Shown here: positions 1 through 13,430 of the stretch, in pieces
How positions within the stretch are numbered: position 1 is the first letter of the stretch
Layout: every line of letters begins with the position of its first letter
NCBI GenBank assembly: GCA_964188305.1
Contig: OZ076893.1
Direction: 5' to 3' (one strand)
Length of the DNA stretch: 64,000 nucleotides
Source: Podarcis bocagei
Lineage: Eukaryota
Notes under the pieces: model-generated
The model's database searches: none
What the model was told of the DNA's origin: nothing
Seen by the model: the letters and a program-made list of their open reading frames with translations, nothing else
Made by a program: the position numbers and the translations under genes

Positions 1-1020
1 AGGTGGAGACGCTCCTTCAGGTATACTGGACCGAGGCCGTTTAGGGCTTTAAAGGTCAGCACCAACACTTTGAATTGTGCTCGGAAACGTACTGGGAGCC
101 AATGTAGGTCTTTCAAGACCGGTGTTATATGGTCTCAGCGGCCGTTCCCAGTCACCAGTCTGGCTGCTGCATTCTGGATTAGTTGTAGTTTCCGGGTCAC
201 CTTCAAAGGTAGCCCCACGTAGAGCGCATTGCAGTAGTCCAAGCGGGAGATAACCAGAGCATGCACCACTCTGGCGAGGCAGTCCGCGGGCAGATAGGGT
301 CTCAGCCTACGTACCAGATGGAGCTGGTACACAGCTGCCCTGGACACGGATTTAACCTGTGCCTCCATGGACAGCTGTGAGTCCAAAATGACTCCCAGGC
401 TGCGCACCTGGTCCTTCAGGGGCACTGTTACCCCATTCAGGACCAGGGAATCCCCCACACCTGCCCGCCTCCTGTCCCCCAGAAACAGTACTTCTGTCTT
501 GTCAGGATTCAATCTCAATCTGTTTGCCGCCATCCATCCTCCAACCGCCTCCAGACACTCACACAGGACCTTCACCGCCTTCACTGGTTCTGATTTGAAA
601 GAGAGGTAAAGCTGGGTATCATCTGCATACTGATGAACACCCAGCCCAAACCCCCTGATGATCTCTCCCAGCGGCTGCATATAGATGTTGAAAAGCATGG
701 GGGAGAGGACAGAACCCTGAGGCACCCCACAAGTGAGAGCCCAGGGGTCTGAACACTCATCCCCCACCACCACTTTCTGAACACGGCCCAGGAGGAAGGA
801 GCGGAACCACTGTATGACAGTGCCCCCAGCTCCCAGCCCCTCAAGACGGTCCAGAAGGATGTTATGGTCGATGGTATCAAACGCCGCTGAGAGATCCAGC
901 AGAACTAGGAAACAGCTCTCACCTTTGTCCCTAGCCCGCCGGAGATCATCAACCAGTGCGACCAAGGCAGTTTCAGTCCCGTGATGAGGCCTGAATCCCG
1001 ATTGGAAGGGATCCAAATAG
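1..1020 (-). mobile_element. 5'-truncated L2-clade LINE, reverse transcriptase region (runs off window start)
   Basis: ORF 135..1061(-) has RT motifs LDPFQSGFR..HGTETAL, LLDLSAAFDTIDH, GVPQGSVLSP and YADDTQLY, then the L2-type SRLDYCNALYVGLP. The stop at 135-137 is a premature TGA: the frame continues DHITPVLKDLHWLPVRFRAQFK to base 1. Homology ends at ~1020, so the ORF's annotated N-terminus is flanking DNA. Confidence 0.92.
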
Positions 1021-1159
1021 TATTCCAATAGTATTACTATACTATTATTATTACCACCCAATATAGTGTATCTGTATCGTTTTTAACCTGTAGTGAGCTG
1101 TAGCAATCTGGATTTATGTTATAAATTGATTTTAATCTAGTACTAGGCTGCTTATATTT

Positions 1160-2286
1160 ACAAGTCTGAATAGGTTGCCTATAGTTTATATTGAAGATCA
1201 TTGTAATACACACCCGCACTCACACCCCCGGTGGTTCAGATACAGAATTTCCCTGTTCCATTCAATAGCAAGAATTGGGTTCCTCTCCTTAAATTGTTGG
1301 CATTTAATTGAACATTGGCTGCAACATGTAACCCATTATTTTAATACAGGACTTCATCTGTAATGTGGATGCAACATTTTTTGTGCACCTTTGAACTCCA
1401 CAGAAAATGCATTTGCTTTAATTTTTTGGAGATGTAAATGGTTGTGCATGTTCTCAATGCTGCCTCTGTGGACAGTTGGGAAAAATATTGTACAAAGTAC
1501 TTTGACATCATGGTTCAGATCTAGAGTTTCCCTGTTTCATATACCAGTGAGGGTTGGATTTCACTGATCAAATTATTGGTATTTAATTGAGCATTGGATG
1601 CAATGCTTAACCCATTGTTTTAATGTAGGAGGTCATGTGTAATGTGGATGCAACCTTTTTATGTGTATCTTTGAACTCCACAGAAGACGCTTTTGCTTTA
1701 ATCTTTTGGAGGTGTAAATTGTGCAGCGTGTTCTCAACGCTGCCTCTGTGGACAGTTGGCGTGGGCATGGTGGCACCATTCTCTAGGCCTCTGTTTGGCA
1801 TGGCAGTATCTGGCCTTCTCCTTCTAGCTTCAAACAAGGCAGGATCTATCAGTTCCCAGTTGGGGCTGAATGGTAGTATTTTGTTCTTGTTGCTAAATTG
1901 GCCGAATGAGAGGATGAATGACAGGAGCTTTCTCATCTGCTAGGCAGTCAATAATTAAAGACTGGCTGTAATTGGACCCCAGCCATTCTTTTTAAATGTG
2001 CCGCAACTGGCAAGTGCTATGTAGGTTAGAAAGCAAAAGGATCCTATAGTGGGCAGCCTAAGACCTGAAAGGAGAGTTACCCAAACCAACCTTCATGGCA
2101 TTCTTACTAGTTTGGGGGAATCTGGTCATGGCAATTACTCGTCTGTACTGATGACCTCATTGACTGTAGCACTTACTGGCTCAGAGCTGATGATACCTAA
2201 TGGTCTTCATTTGCACTCAGTGGAGCTGAGGGGGAGGGCACTGAAGAGAATAGACCAGTTTCAGTATTGATCTAATACTTGGACCC
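1160..2286. repeat. Duplicated non-coding segment: diverged unit ~1160-1480 followed by unit 1487-2286, paralogous to 12150-12953 (possibly a decayed L1 remnant on the - strand)
   Basis: 1487-2286 aligns nearly base-for-base with 12188-12953 (attgtacaaagtactttgacatcatgg...aatacttggaccc). 1160-1480 is an older, more diverged copy of the same sequence. The L1 origin is only tentative (WINIE, SPFRSW and LHMT..KTMG-like peptides on the - strand). Confidence 0.8.
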
Positions 2287-3052
2287 TGGCGGGTGGGCAT
2301 CAAAGGAGAAACATCATCCTACCTCTGAGGTAGTTTGTCTGTCTTTGGTCCCCACCATGCACACAGGCACTATGGCAGTGGTCACATCCTGGGATATGAC
2401 TTTGACTGACTGGCTAAAGCAAGTGAGGGTAGCTGATGGGTCTCAAACCCTCAATGAGTTAGGGACTTTCTCTGCATGTGAAGACAAGTTCTGGTGGATT
2501 GAGCAGACAAAATAATAGTGGGTTCAGCAATCAAGAAGGTGGTTACTGCACATGCCGTAGAGGGAAGTGAGTGGCAGATCACTTCCTCTTCAACCTGGGA
2601 AGGTAACACATTTAGGAGAAGGAAAACTCTGATCCAAAACTCTGCTGCCTTGCAGGCTATCCCCTACAGAAATCCAGAGTGTGGTCCGTAAGACAATTGG
2701 ATGTCATCTGCTAATAATTTATAATTAATCCTTGATTGTGTAACAATCTAGTGAGCACTTGTTTGTATCTATTATGTCTAAGTTAACTTCACACCTAAAA
2801 GCTGAGCGATTTTGTTGTTGTCTTCCAACTTGTTGAGATAAGATGTCTTCTGTTTCTCTCTCTCATCACTAATCATCCTGTAGATAGCTTCTGCATGAAT
2901 GAAGCATTTGAACTCCAGAAACTGAAAGTGATTTTTCCAATCTGATTCATGCTGAAAGGTCTACTAACAATGGGCAATTATGCACCAGCAGAGTGGCACT
3001 AACATCACTTTGTGGGTGGAAACCAGTGGAGGCCGACCAGACCGTGCAGAGG

Positions 3053-3054
<2 letters not shown>

Positions 3055-3100
<46 letters not shown>
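3055..3100. repeat. (GT)n microsatellite
   Basis: Perfect GT run. Confidence 0.98.
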
Positions 3101-3102
<2 letters not shown>

Positions 3103-3868
3103 CAAGCTGCATACTCAGGATCCCTTACATACTATTGGCTTACGAAAAACCTATAATGTTATTGTTCTGTGTAAAGAAGAGGGTGATGAGCCATACCTGT
3201 GAGACTGTGAAGTAGATGCGCAAGGTCAGAAACACACATAGTAAATTAAATTAACACTAGAAATTGGAAAGCTATCTACCGTGACTGAATTACTGGAGCA
3301 CATGAATGTGAGGGGAACAATGGCAAAGTTGAGAGCTGCTAAATAAATCTATTGAAGGGGTTGTCTACACAAATAGACCAATATTCTGAGCGCTAATACA
3401 AGGTGAGATGACAAAACTAAGCATGAGATGTGGGACTAATTTCAGTGATAAGCGATGTAATACAAGATGCCTCCTTAGCATAAGACTCAAACACAGGAAG
3501 ATACATACCTCTAAAAGCAGACATTATTGTGTCTAAGGTTCATGTGAAGGCCTAACTATAGGCAATAATATATTTTCCTCAATTTCTTAATAGTCCCATA
3601 CTAAAAATGATAACGTTTAATTGTGCAGCCTGTAATTCCATTCTTGTCAGCAGCACTGCACATTAATAAGCTTGCAAATAATTGTAAATATCTCTATCAA
3701 CGTAGAGTAAAAAATTAACCTGCAAAATATCAAGATTGGGGTGAAAATAAAAGCTAGTAAAGAAGGTTCACATATTCTGCTTAAAAGCCTGCCTTGAGTC
3801 ATCACATATAAACACCAACAGAGACCTTCTGTGACATGTATTGGGGAGAAATATCACTGGGAAAAGAT

Positions 3869-3910
3869 TGCAGTTCTCTGCTTCAGACTCACAGTGTCAC
3901 TGTTGGACAA
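3869..3910 (+). promoter_or_regulatory. Pcdh CSE/CTCF promoter element (CACT variant of the CGCT box)
   Basis: TGCAGttctctgcttcagactcacagtgtCACTgttggacaa. TGCAG upstream module lies 29 bp before the box; element is ~250 bp upstream of the ATG. Confidence 0.8.
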
Positions 3911-4154
3911 GGCGGCAATCCAAGGGCAGCTGAAGTTCCACTGATGCTTTCTGCAGAGAGATCTCTTTGTCCCAAACTGCACATCAGGAAAACCAGCAGA
4001 CGCTGGAACAAACATTTCAGCTGAGAAAGAAAAAAGAAAACACTGCAGCATATACAAATTAAGCCAAAGGATCCAGTTCTTTTTTTACTGGGCAAAAAAA
4101 TCTCCTGTCTTGGTGGAAATCTGAAATCCTGTGCTCATCAAAGAGAAGAGGAAA

Positions 4155-6584
4155 ATGAATATGAGAGGAATCCTTCATGGAGAGAGCTTTCAAACACCAG
4201 GAAGGTATATAACACTTCTGATATTATCATCTTTGTTTTGTGGAGCAGTTTTGGAAGAGGTTCACTATTCCATCCCTGAGGAGATGGCAAAGGGGTCTTT
4301 GGTGGGAAATCTTGCCAAGGATCTGGGACTGAATGCCAGAGAACTGAAGAGCAGAAACCTGCATATCCTTTCTGAAGGTAAAAAGCCATATTTCACTATC
4401 AGTGCACAAAATGGAAACCTGTATGTAAATGAAAGGATAGATCGTGAGGAAATATGTGGGGAGAGTGTACACTGTCTGATTAATTTTGAAGCTGTGGTTG
4501 AAAATCCTTTGAATGTTTTCCATATTATTGTAGCAATTCAGGACATTAATGATAATATGCCACAGTTCTTAAATGAAATCATGAGGCTTGAAATTGTTGA
4601 ATCCACATTACCAGGTACAAGATTTCATACTGGGAAAGCGGAAGATCCTGATATTGGGACTAATACTCTCCAGAATTACCAGCTAAGTCCAAATAACTAT
4701 TTAATTCTAGAGATTCGACAGGGAGAAGATGGCCATAAATATGCAGAATTGGTGTTGCAAAAATCTTTGGATCGGGAAAGTGATCACTCCCTTCAGTTGA
4801 TCCTTACGGCCCTGGATGGGGGTGAACCCAGAAAAACTGGGACTGCCCAGATATGGATTAATGTCACAGATGCCAATGACAACCCACCAGTCTTCACTCA
4901 AGAAGTTTATACAGTTAACCTGAGGGAAAATTCTCCTGTGGGGTCGCCCATACTGCAAGTAAAAGCCTCTGATAGAGATGAAGGTCTGAATGCCCAAATT
5001 CATTATACATTTAGTAATATTCCTAAAAGAGCCTACCAAAAATTTGACCTATTTCCACAAAATGGAACAATTACAATTAAGGAAGCTCTTGACTTTGAGG
5101 AAACAGAGAAGTACACTATGACCGTTGAAGCAAGAGATGGAGGAGGATTAGTGGCTCATTGTAATGTCAATATAAAGATTCTAGATGAGAATGACAATGC
5201 TCCAGAGATCATTCTGGCCTCCTTATCCAGTCCGATTCCAGAAGACTCTGTTTCTGGAACAGTAATTGCTCTCATCAACGTAAAGGATAAAGATTCTGGA
5301 GAAAATGGAAAAATTACCTGCCACTTACAAAGTAATGTACCATTTAAAATAGTGTCAACATCTAAGAACTACTATAAAATCCTCACAGACAGTCCTTTGG
5401 ACAGAGAAAAAGCCTCAGGATACAACATCACAATCACGGCCACCGACAAAGGTAGCCCCCCTCTCTCCTCCAACAAAACCATCTCCCTGCAGATTTCAGA
5501 CATCAATGACAACCCCCCTGCCTTTGAAAAATCAACCTACAGTGTCTTTGTGCCTGAAAACAATCCCTCAGGTGCCTCCATTTTTGCCATCAAAGCCTCG
5601 GACCCGGATCTGGACCGCAACTCACGTATCACTTACTCCATCCTCAACAGCAACATGGAGGAGCTGCCTCTCTCCTCTTACGTCTCCATCAACTCTGAGA
5701 CGGGAACTATCTATGCACAGCGCTCCTTTGACTATGAGCAATTCCGGGAGTTTCACATCCAAGTGAAGGTCCAAGATGGTGGCTCTCCCTCTCTCAGCAA
5801 CAACGCCACCGTGTGGGTGTACATTTTGGATCAGAACGATAACAGCCCTCGCGTTCTGTATCCTGTCCCGGGTGCTGAGGGCTCTGCCTTGTTTGAGATG
5901 GTTCCTCACTCGGCAGAGCCAGGCTACCTAGTGACCAAAGTGGTGGCTGTGGACGCTGACTCTGGGCACAATGCCTGGCTCTCCTACCAAGTGCTGCAGG
6001 CCACGGAGCCAGCCCTCTTCACCATTGGGACCCACACGGGAGAGATCAGGACGTCACGAGCCCTTCTGGAGAAAGATGCTGTGAAACAGAAGCTGGTCAT
6101 CTTGGTGAAGGACAATGGGAAGGCTCCGCTCTCAGCTACTGTGGTCCTCAACCTTGTGGTTGCTGAGAACTTCCAAGAGGCACTTCCAGAAATGACTAGG
6201 CAATCCAGTGACACAGAACATCATTCAGACCTCCAGTTTTACTTGGTGCTGGCTTTGGCATTGATCTCATTTTTATTCCTCCTGACGGTGATACTGGTCA
6301 TTGTCATGAAACTTCGACAATCAGGAAATCCCAAATTATTCCAATGCTTTGAACCTAATGCTTTTTCTAAGGCACAGGTTATATTTCCACCAAACTATGA
6401 AGAAGGAACTTTACCTTATTCCTACCAACTCTGTCTATCATCAGAGATGAGGAAAGAGCAGATCTCTTTCCCAAAACCCCATATCCAGGTGGCAGAAAAC
6501 TTGCTATGCAATGATAGCTCTCAGGTGGTTCTTGTGGATGGCAACTGTGGGGATGCCAATGCCAAAGAGGAGGTTGGTGAGCAG
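4155..6584 (+). CDS. Protocadherin gamma-B-like variable exon (gene 1)
   Basis: Signal peptide, [22 protein letters not shown], six EC repeats (DRE, DxNDN, AxDxG), [20 protein letters not shown], and gammaB-type [13 protein letters not shown]. First ATG is at 4155 (the ORF track starts at a GTG). Donor CAG|GTAAGT at 6584/6585, phase 0; unspliced readthrough stops at 6641. Confidence 0.93.
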
Positions 6585-7844
6585 GTAAGTTTTGCTTTCA
6601 GAAACTGTGATGTTGGCATTACAACCTTGTTCCTTGTATGAGCATAACTAGTATTTTTAGCAGTCTTCCTCTTAACTGCCTAATTTGCTAAATGAGAGAA
6701 CTAAAAAAAAATCAAATTATATTACTAGCACCAGCTGTTCAGACTGTAGAAAACTTTTTTTACAAGTAGTCTACAAATTGCAATGACAGAGGCAAATTCA
6801 ATGCTAAGTCTGAAAATGACGTTCAGGTGAGTCTTCATGAATTATGGAATTTATATCCTGTTCTTCCTTCTAGTAATTTTCTTCCTGTAGATTATTAAAA
6901 TATCACCATCATTATATACAGTAGTTATTTTTTAGTTCCTCCTAGAGGTTAGATATGTGGATTTTTACTTCGTTCACTCACATAGTTTATTCATCCTGTT
7001 CTGATTCGAGTTAACTGAAAAATGTGTAAAACATGAATGCTTCCTATTTGTTCATAGTAGATCTTTTGGAGTGTTTTGAACTTCTCTGGAAGATTCATGT
7101 AGAAAGAACTTGTATGACATGCAGAATGCTCAGAAAAGCGCAACTAAGATGGTCAAGTGGGTGGAACAACTTTATTCGGGGAAAAATGCAATGCTTAACA
7201 ATATTTAGTTTAGATCAAAGACAAGGGAGAAGCAATATGAGAGAGCTGGTCCTGCCAGTGCCACATTTCAACCACATCTACAGGACAGCAAGTAATTTAA
7301 GTGGGAGGTGCAAGGCAACCAATGCTAGGATGCAACATTTTTGTGGGGCATGTCCTGAAATGAAAGGTTCCAGGTGGATATAATAAGGGAAGTTGAAATA
7401 ATAACAGGATGCACTTTATCAACAGTTATTCTGATTGTTTTATTCAGCTGTATTAAGGGTTTAATATTAGCAGAGTAGTAGTCCAAGACTTGTTAACTAT
7501 AGCAAGAACAACTATTTGGTATAAGTTGAGTGGAGTGTGTGGTTAAGAACACCAGCTTTACAGGAGTGGAGTATGGGATATTTTATCTATGGTTAAACTA
7601 ATGAATATGGTAAGAGTCAGAGTGCGGAGACTGATAACATTGTTGTGGAAAAATACAACATTTTCATACTTAATTTCACAATAAGGTTCAAGATAATACA
7701 GACGCGCACACCCTGTTAGAAACTTTATATATCGGTATGCTTTCTTTGAGTGTATAATATAAAACTATTGAAACTTGTATTCAGCCATTATTTTTATTTA
7801 TACAGAACAATCACACATACTTTACACATTTTAATAAATAAATA

Positions 7845-8050
7845 ACTTATGGGAATTGCTCCCACAAAAAGCTGTGATGGCCACTAACTTGGATGCCTTA
7901 TAGACAACTTCATGGTGGCCGCAAGTCGTGCTGACTATATCCCGTCAGGTACTAGAAGTAGGATGTCTCCAAATGCCACAGTGGGAGACAAGTTGCTTAA
8001 CAAGAAAGGCCTTGGGTCTGATCCATCAAGGCTCTTCTTATGTTGTTACA
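7845..8050 (+). mobile_element. Degenerate CR1 LINE 3' end
   Basis: gctgtgatggccactaacttggatg...tagacaacttcatgg...ggtctgatccatcaaggctcttcttatg, similar to the CR1 ends at 18400-19375. Confidence 0.6.
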
Positions 8051-8375
8051 TTTTAATGAAAGGAATTGTGTGTCCTGATGTTGTGTGATAGACTGGTGGA
8101 CAAAGGACTATAAGTGTGTTAAAGTGAGGCAATGCTCTGCTGGTGATCCCTTGGGTATGTAGCTTCCATTCAACAGGGCTCAATTTCAGTGGGACAGACA
8201 TCAAGGCAAAACATGTTTTCAATAGGCTGTATATCTCCAGACTGGGTTTTGAGTCTTGTGACCTGTTATGCGCAGCAATCAGAGGAGCTGTTGCTTTAAT
8301 GTGTACAAACTGAAAGCAAATAACTTGAAATTTGCTAAAGGGAAACTACTGTACATTGCACAACATGGTTTTCCT

Positions 8376-8417
8376 TGCAGTTCCTTGAGTGGTCCTCTAA
8401 GTGTCAGTGTTGGCCAG
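8376..8417 (+). promoter_or_regulatory. Pcdh CSE/CTCF promoter element (CAGT variant)
   Basis: TGCAGttccttgagtggtcctctaagtgtCAGTgttggccag; 29-bp spacing; identical to 28422-28463. Confidence 0.75.
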
Positions 8418-8674
8418 TATGAGAGCCAGAGAGAGGATAGAGATCCAGTGATGCTTCCTGCAGTAACTCCCATCACTGTTATTCAGATCAGGCGAGCTGA
8501 AGAGCACAGAGACAGGGAACTCTTGCAGAGAAGGAAAAATCTCTTTTGCTTTGCACAAAACAAGGGCAGTTTATTCTTCCTCAGTGATACCTCATGTTGT
8601 TTCCTTCATCACTGTGAGAGCTTGAGCATAGGAAACAGAAAAGGAAGCAGCCTGTTTTTGAGAGAACCAGCCAG

Positions 8675-11095
8675 ATGGAGAGAAGGCACCCAGGGAATGG
8701 CAGGGCACTCACAAGGCAAGTACTGCTTCTCTCTCTATTGTCTTTTACCTGTTGGGCTGCATCAGAGCAGATTCATTATTCAACCCCTGAGGAGATGGCA
8801 AAGGGTTCCGTTGTGGGGAACCTCGCCAAGGACCTGGGACTGAGCGCCAAAGAACTAAAACATCGCAATCTGCACACTGTGTCTGTGGCTAAAATGCAGC
8901 ATTTCAGTATCAATGCAGAGAATGGAAACCTCTATGTAAATGACAGGATTGATAGGGAGGGGATATGTGGCAAAAATCCACTTTGCTTTGTTCAGTTTGA
9001 AGTTGTGGTAGAAAACCCGCTGAATGTTTTCCATGTAACAGTAGAAATCCAGGATGTTAATGATAATGCGCCCCAGTTCCTGAATAGCAACATCAACTTG
9101 GGGACAGGAGAACAAACCTTGCCTGGGGCCCGCTTTCTCCTTGGGAAGGCGGAAGATCCTGACATTGGGATGAACTCTCTCCAGGATTACCAGCTGAGCT
9201 CCAATCAGTATTTCTCTTTGGAAGTTAGAGAGAGAAAAGATGGAAATAAATATGCAGAATTGGTGTTGCAGAAATCTTTGGATCGGGAAAAAGAACAAAC
9301 CCTTCACTTAGTACTTACCGCAATGGATGGGGGTAAGCCTAGGAAAACTGGAACCGCCCAGATACGGATTAATATCACCGATGCCAATGACAACCCTCCC
9401 ATTTTCACTCAAGAGGTGTACAAGGTCAGTTTGAGTGAAAATGCTCCTATTGGATCCACGGTGCTCCAGGTCATAGCCTCTGATGATGATGAAGGTTCAT
9501 ATGCCCAAATCAGGTATCATTTCAGCAACATACCAGCAACTTCCCAAGAGAAATTCAGTCTAGATCCCATTGGTGGCAGAATCACCCTCTTGGAGCGACT
9601 GGATTTTGAGGACAACGATGAATATACTATGACGGTTGCTGCAAAAGATGGCGGAGGATTGGTGACTCATTGCAATATTGAGATAAGGGTTCTTGATGAG
9701 AATGATAATGCCCCGGATGTGACCTTAACCTCCATGTTCAGCCCAGTTCCTGAAGATTCACCATCTGGAACCTTAATTGCTCTGATCAATGTAAATGACA
9801 AAGATGCCGGTGATAATGGAAAAGTTACCTGCTATTTAAACAGTGATTTGCCCTTCAAGATTATTTCCTCATCTAACAATTTCTACAAACTTCTGACAGT
9901 CAGCCCTTTGGACAGAGAAAAAACTCCTGCATATAATATTACAATCACAGCCACTGACAATGGAACTCCCCCACTGAACACCCATAAAGTCATCTTACTA
10001 CAGATATCTGATATCAATGATAATGCCCCTTCCTTTCAGAAATCTTTGTATGCTATCTATGTGCCTGAAAACAATCCTTCAGGTGCCTCCATTTTCACCA
10101 TCAAAGCCTCAGATCCCGATATGGACCAGAACTCACGGATTACATACTCCATCCTCAACAGCAACATTGAGGAGCTTCCCATCTCCTCCTATATCTCCAT
10201 TAATTCTGAGACCGGCACCATCTATGCCCAGAGATCCTTTGACTATGAACAATTCAGAGAGTTCCGGCTGCAAGTGAAGGCCCAAGATGGGGGTTCTCCC
10301 CCTCTCAGCAGCAATGTGACCGTCAGAGTGTTTGTTCTTGACAGGAATGATAACAGCCCTCGTATCCTGTCCCCCTCACAAGAAGCCAAGGGCTCAGCCT
10401 TGTTTGAGATGGTGCCTCGTTCGGCCGAGGCAGATTATCTTGTCACCAAGGTGGTGGCCGTGGATGCAGATTCTGGACACAACGCCTGGCTCTCCTACCA
10501 CCTGACTCAGGCCACTGAGCCGGCACTCTTCACGGTTGGTTCTCATACTGGAGAGATCAGGACCGCCAGGGCCTTTGTGGAGAGAGACGCTGTGAAACAG
10601 AGACTGATCATTATGGTGAAGGATAACGGACAGCCGTCTCTCTCAGCCACCATGACTCTGAACCTGGTGTTTGCTGAGAACTTTCAGGAGGCCCTTCCGG
10701 AAATGAAGAGCCAACCCAGCAGCTCGGAGTATCAGTCTGACCTGCAGTTCTACTTGGTGCTGGCCTTAGCTGTGATCTCCTTCTTGTTCCTCTTGACCGT
10801 GATTCTGGCCGTTACAATGAAGCTCCGTCACTCAGGGCATCCCAGGTTCCTACAGTGCTTTGGTCCTGTTCCCCATTCCAAGAATGGTGCCATCTTCCCA
10901 CCCAACTTTGAAGATGGGACTTTGCCCTATTCCTACCAGCTGTGTCTGTCTTCTGAGACCAGGAAGAATGAGTTTGCCTTCATGACACCCAATGTTCAGA
11001 TACTAGACAATATTCTTGGCAGTGAGAAACCTGCTGTGCCTTTTACAGGCAACAGTGGAAACAATTTTCAGTCTGAGATGGCTAATGGTGAAGAG
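8675..11095 (+). CDS. Protocadherin gamma-B-like variable exon (gene 2)
   Basis: Six EC repeats, TM, and [16 protein letters not shown]. Donor GAG|GTAAGA at 11095/11096, phase 0 (807 codons); readthrough stops at 11221. Confidence 0.93.
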
Positions 11096-11607
11096 GTAAG
11101 ATTTGTTCTCTGCAGTTACATGCATGGTACACTCTGTAGCTCTTTACCGTTAAGTGACATTTCAATACAACGTTTTATACATCATATGTACTTGCCTTTT
11201 CATTTTTCAGTCTTTAGTTAATTTTCCATCTAGATTCATGAATCATCATCTTCTTTATATATAGTAAACAGCTGAGGCTAAACTACCTGTTGCAGGTATA
11301 GTCTATTTTCTCCATTGCATTTTGAGATTTCTAGTTCAATCCTAACCATATCTACCCAGATGTGAGTCCTGTTGAATTCAGTGTGACTTTCTGTCAGGTA
11401 AGAGTGCTTAGGTTTTAAGCTTTGGAATTTGAATAGTGGGAACATGAAATTAAATGAAGTGAAATGGATATATATATTGCTCATTTAATCTTATGAGTGG
11501 GTGTGGAATGTGCCAACGTTTTTATTATGTCATTGAGGAGGTGCACTTCTTTCTGTATGGTAGAGTTGTGTGCTATTGAGTTCAATAGGGCTTACTCCCA
11601 GGTTGTA

Positions 11608-11858
11608 CAGTCGTACGTTGGAAGTCGAACAGAATCTGTTCCGGACGTTCGTTTGACTTCCAAAATGTTTGAAACCCAAATTGTTGCTTCTGACTGGATG
11701 CAGGAAGCTCCTGCAGCCAATCAGAAGTCTTGGAACCCCCATCAGACATTTGGGTTCCAAAAGAATGTTTACAAACCAGAACAATCACTTCCAGGTTTGC
11801 AGCATTCGGGAGCCAAAACATCTGAGTTCCAGGGTGTTCGGGATCCAAAGTACAATTG
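11608..11858. mobile_element. Tc1/mariner (pogo/Tigger-like) MITE
   Basis: Imperfect TIRs cagtcgtacgttgga ... tccaaagtacaattg, flanked by TA at 11606-7 and 11859-60. Confidence 0.75.
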
Positions 11859-12149
11859 TATTCCAGCTTTCCAGCATATGTAGCTTGAACATTAAATAAT
11901 ATAGTAAATGAGGAAGATAATTATTTTCTGCTCATTTCATTACATGGGGTGGGAGCAATGTGCCGATGCTTCTACTTTATAATCATAGCCCCCTTCTTTC
12001 TTTCCTTTTGAATCAACATTCAATTATTGGAGTACAATGTATCAATTTCCACCAGTAATGCGTTGTAGCTACCAGGATTTAAAATAATATGATATGGTTT
12101 CACTAGGTCTAAAACGATTTTAAGCTAGGATATACTAGGGATCTTGCAG

Positions 12150-12953
12150 AAGTCTGAATAGGCTAATTGTGGTTCATGTTGAAGAACATTGTACAAAGTA
12201 CTTTGACATCATGGTTCAGATCTAGAGTTTCCCTGTTTCATATACCAGTGATGATTGAATTTCACTGATCAAATTGTTGGTATTTAATTGAGCATTGAAT
12301 GCAATGCTTAACCCATTGTTTTAATGTAGGAGGTCATGTGTAATGTGGGTGCAACCTTTTTATGTTTTTACTTTAATCTTTTGGAGGTGTAAATTGTGCA
12401 GCATGTTCTCAACGCTGCCTCTGTGGACAGTTGGCGTGGGCATGGTGGCACCATTCTCTATGCCTCTGTTTGGCATGGCAGTATCTGGCCTTCTCCTTCT
12501 AGCTTCAAACAAGGCAGGATCTATCAGTTCCCAGTTGGGGCTGAATGGTAGTATTTCGTTCTTGTTGCTATATTGGCCGAATGAGAGGATGAATGACAGG
12601 AGCTTTCTCATCTGCTAGGCAGTCAATAATTAAAGACTGGCTGTATTTGGACCCCAGCCATTCTTTTTAAATGTGCCGCAACTGGCAAGTGCTATGTAGG
12701 TTAGAAAACATAAGGATCCTATAGTGAGCAGCCCAAGACCTGAAAGGAGAGTTACCCAAACCAACCTCCATGGTATTCTTACTAATTTGGGAGAATCTGG
12801 TCATGGCAATTATTCGTCTGTACTGATGACCTCATTGACTTACTGGCTCAGGGCTGATGATACCTAAAGGTCCTCATTTGCACTCAGTGGAGCTGAGGAG
12901 GAGGGCACTGAAGAGAAAAGACCAGTTTCAATATTGATCCAATACTTGGACCC
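12150..12953. repeat. Second copy of the non-coding segment at 1160-2286
   Basis: Direct alignment; the spurious ORFs 12343/12360 mirror ORFs 1635/1607. Confidence 0.85.
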
Positions 12954-13430
12954 AGAATGGCGACAACTGTTTAATGTGCCTGGCAGAAAAGACAGTTCCT
13001 AGCCTCCATCTTGGCATTAAGTATGTCATCACTGAGGTTGTAGAAGTAGTATAATTTAATCATATGTAGACCAGACTTGTTAATAAATAAGTTGTGGCAC
13101 ATAGTCAAATCCATCCACTGTGTCTGGCTTCATGCTGGGGTGTGGAAGCAAACATAGACCACACTTTTTACCTGTATTGTGTAGTTCAATCATGTTTCAG
13201 TTTGCGTGATATAAAATCCGCCACCAGGTCAAGACTAATTGGCAGTGGTCTTCTAGAGTAGAGCGTGGATATTGATTATTTAGCTGGAGATACATTAAAG
13301 CCCTTTATGCACAACTAGTTGATCATATTTATTTTATAGTTGTAAACTGCTTAGAGACTGCTTTTGCTGAAGAAATGTGAATTGTGGCTATCTTGGAAGG
13401 TATATGTATTATTTAGGGTTATGTATATAG

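Noticed and set aside
135-1061. 308-aa reverse transcriptase ORF as a retron, DGR or novel RT system next to the variable exons
   Set aside because: The motifs are those of an L2 LINE. It is 5'-truncated, has a premature stop and lacks accessory elements. Its proximity to the Pcdh genes is incidental.
1607-1943. Paired ~100-aa ORFs repeated at 12343-12618
   Set aside because: Products of the duplicated non-coding segment; an indel between the copies changes the ORF ends.
2973-3000. CTCF-like motif ccagcagagtggcact
   Set aside because: No TGCAG module at CSE spacing and no downstream exon; cannot be distinguished from a chance match.
5506-6214. Recurrent 'conserved' small ORFs ([10 protein letters not shown].., MRNHLKQG.., [10 protein letters not shown]..) repeated several times in the window
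   Set aside because: They are alternative-frame or antisense shadows of the homogenised EC5-EC6 DNA, not independent genes.
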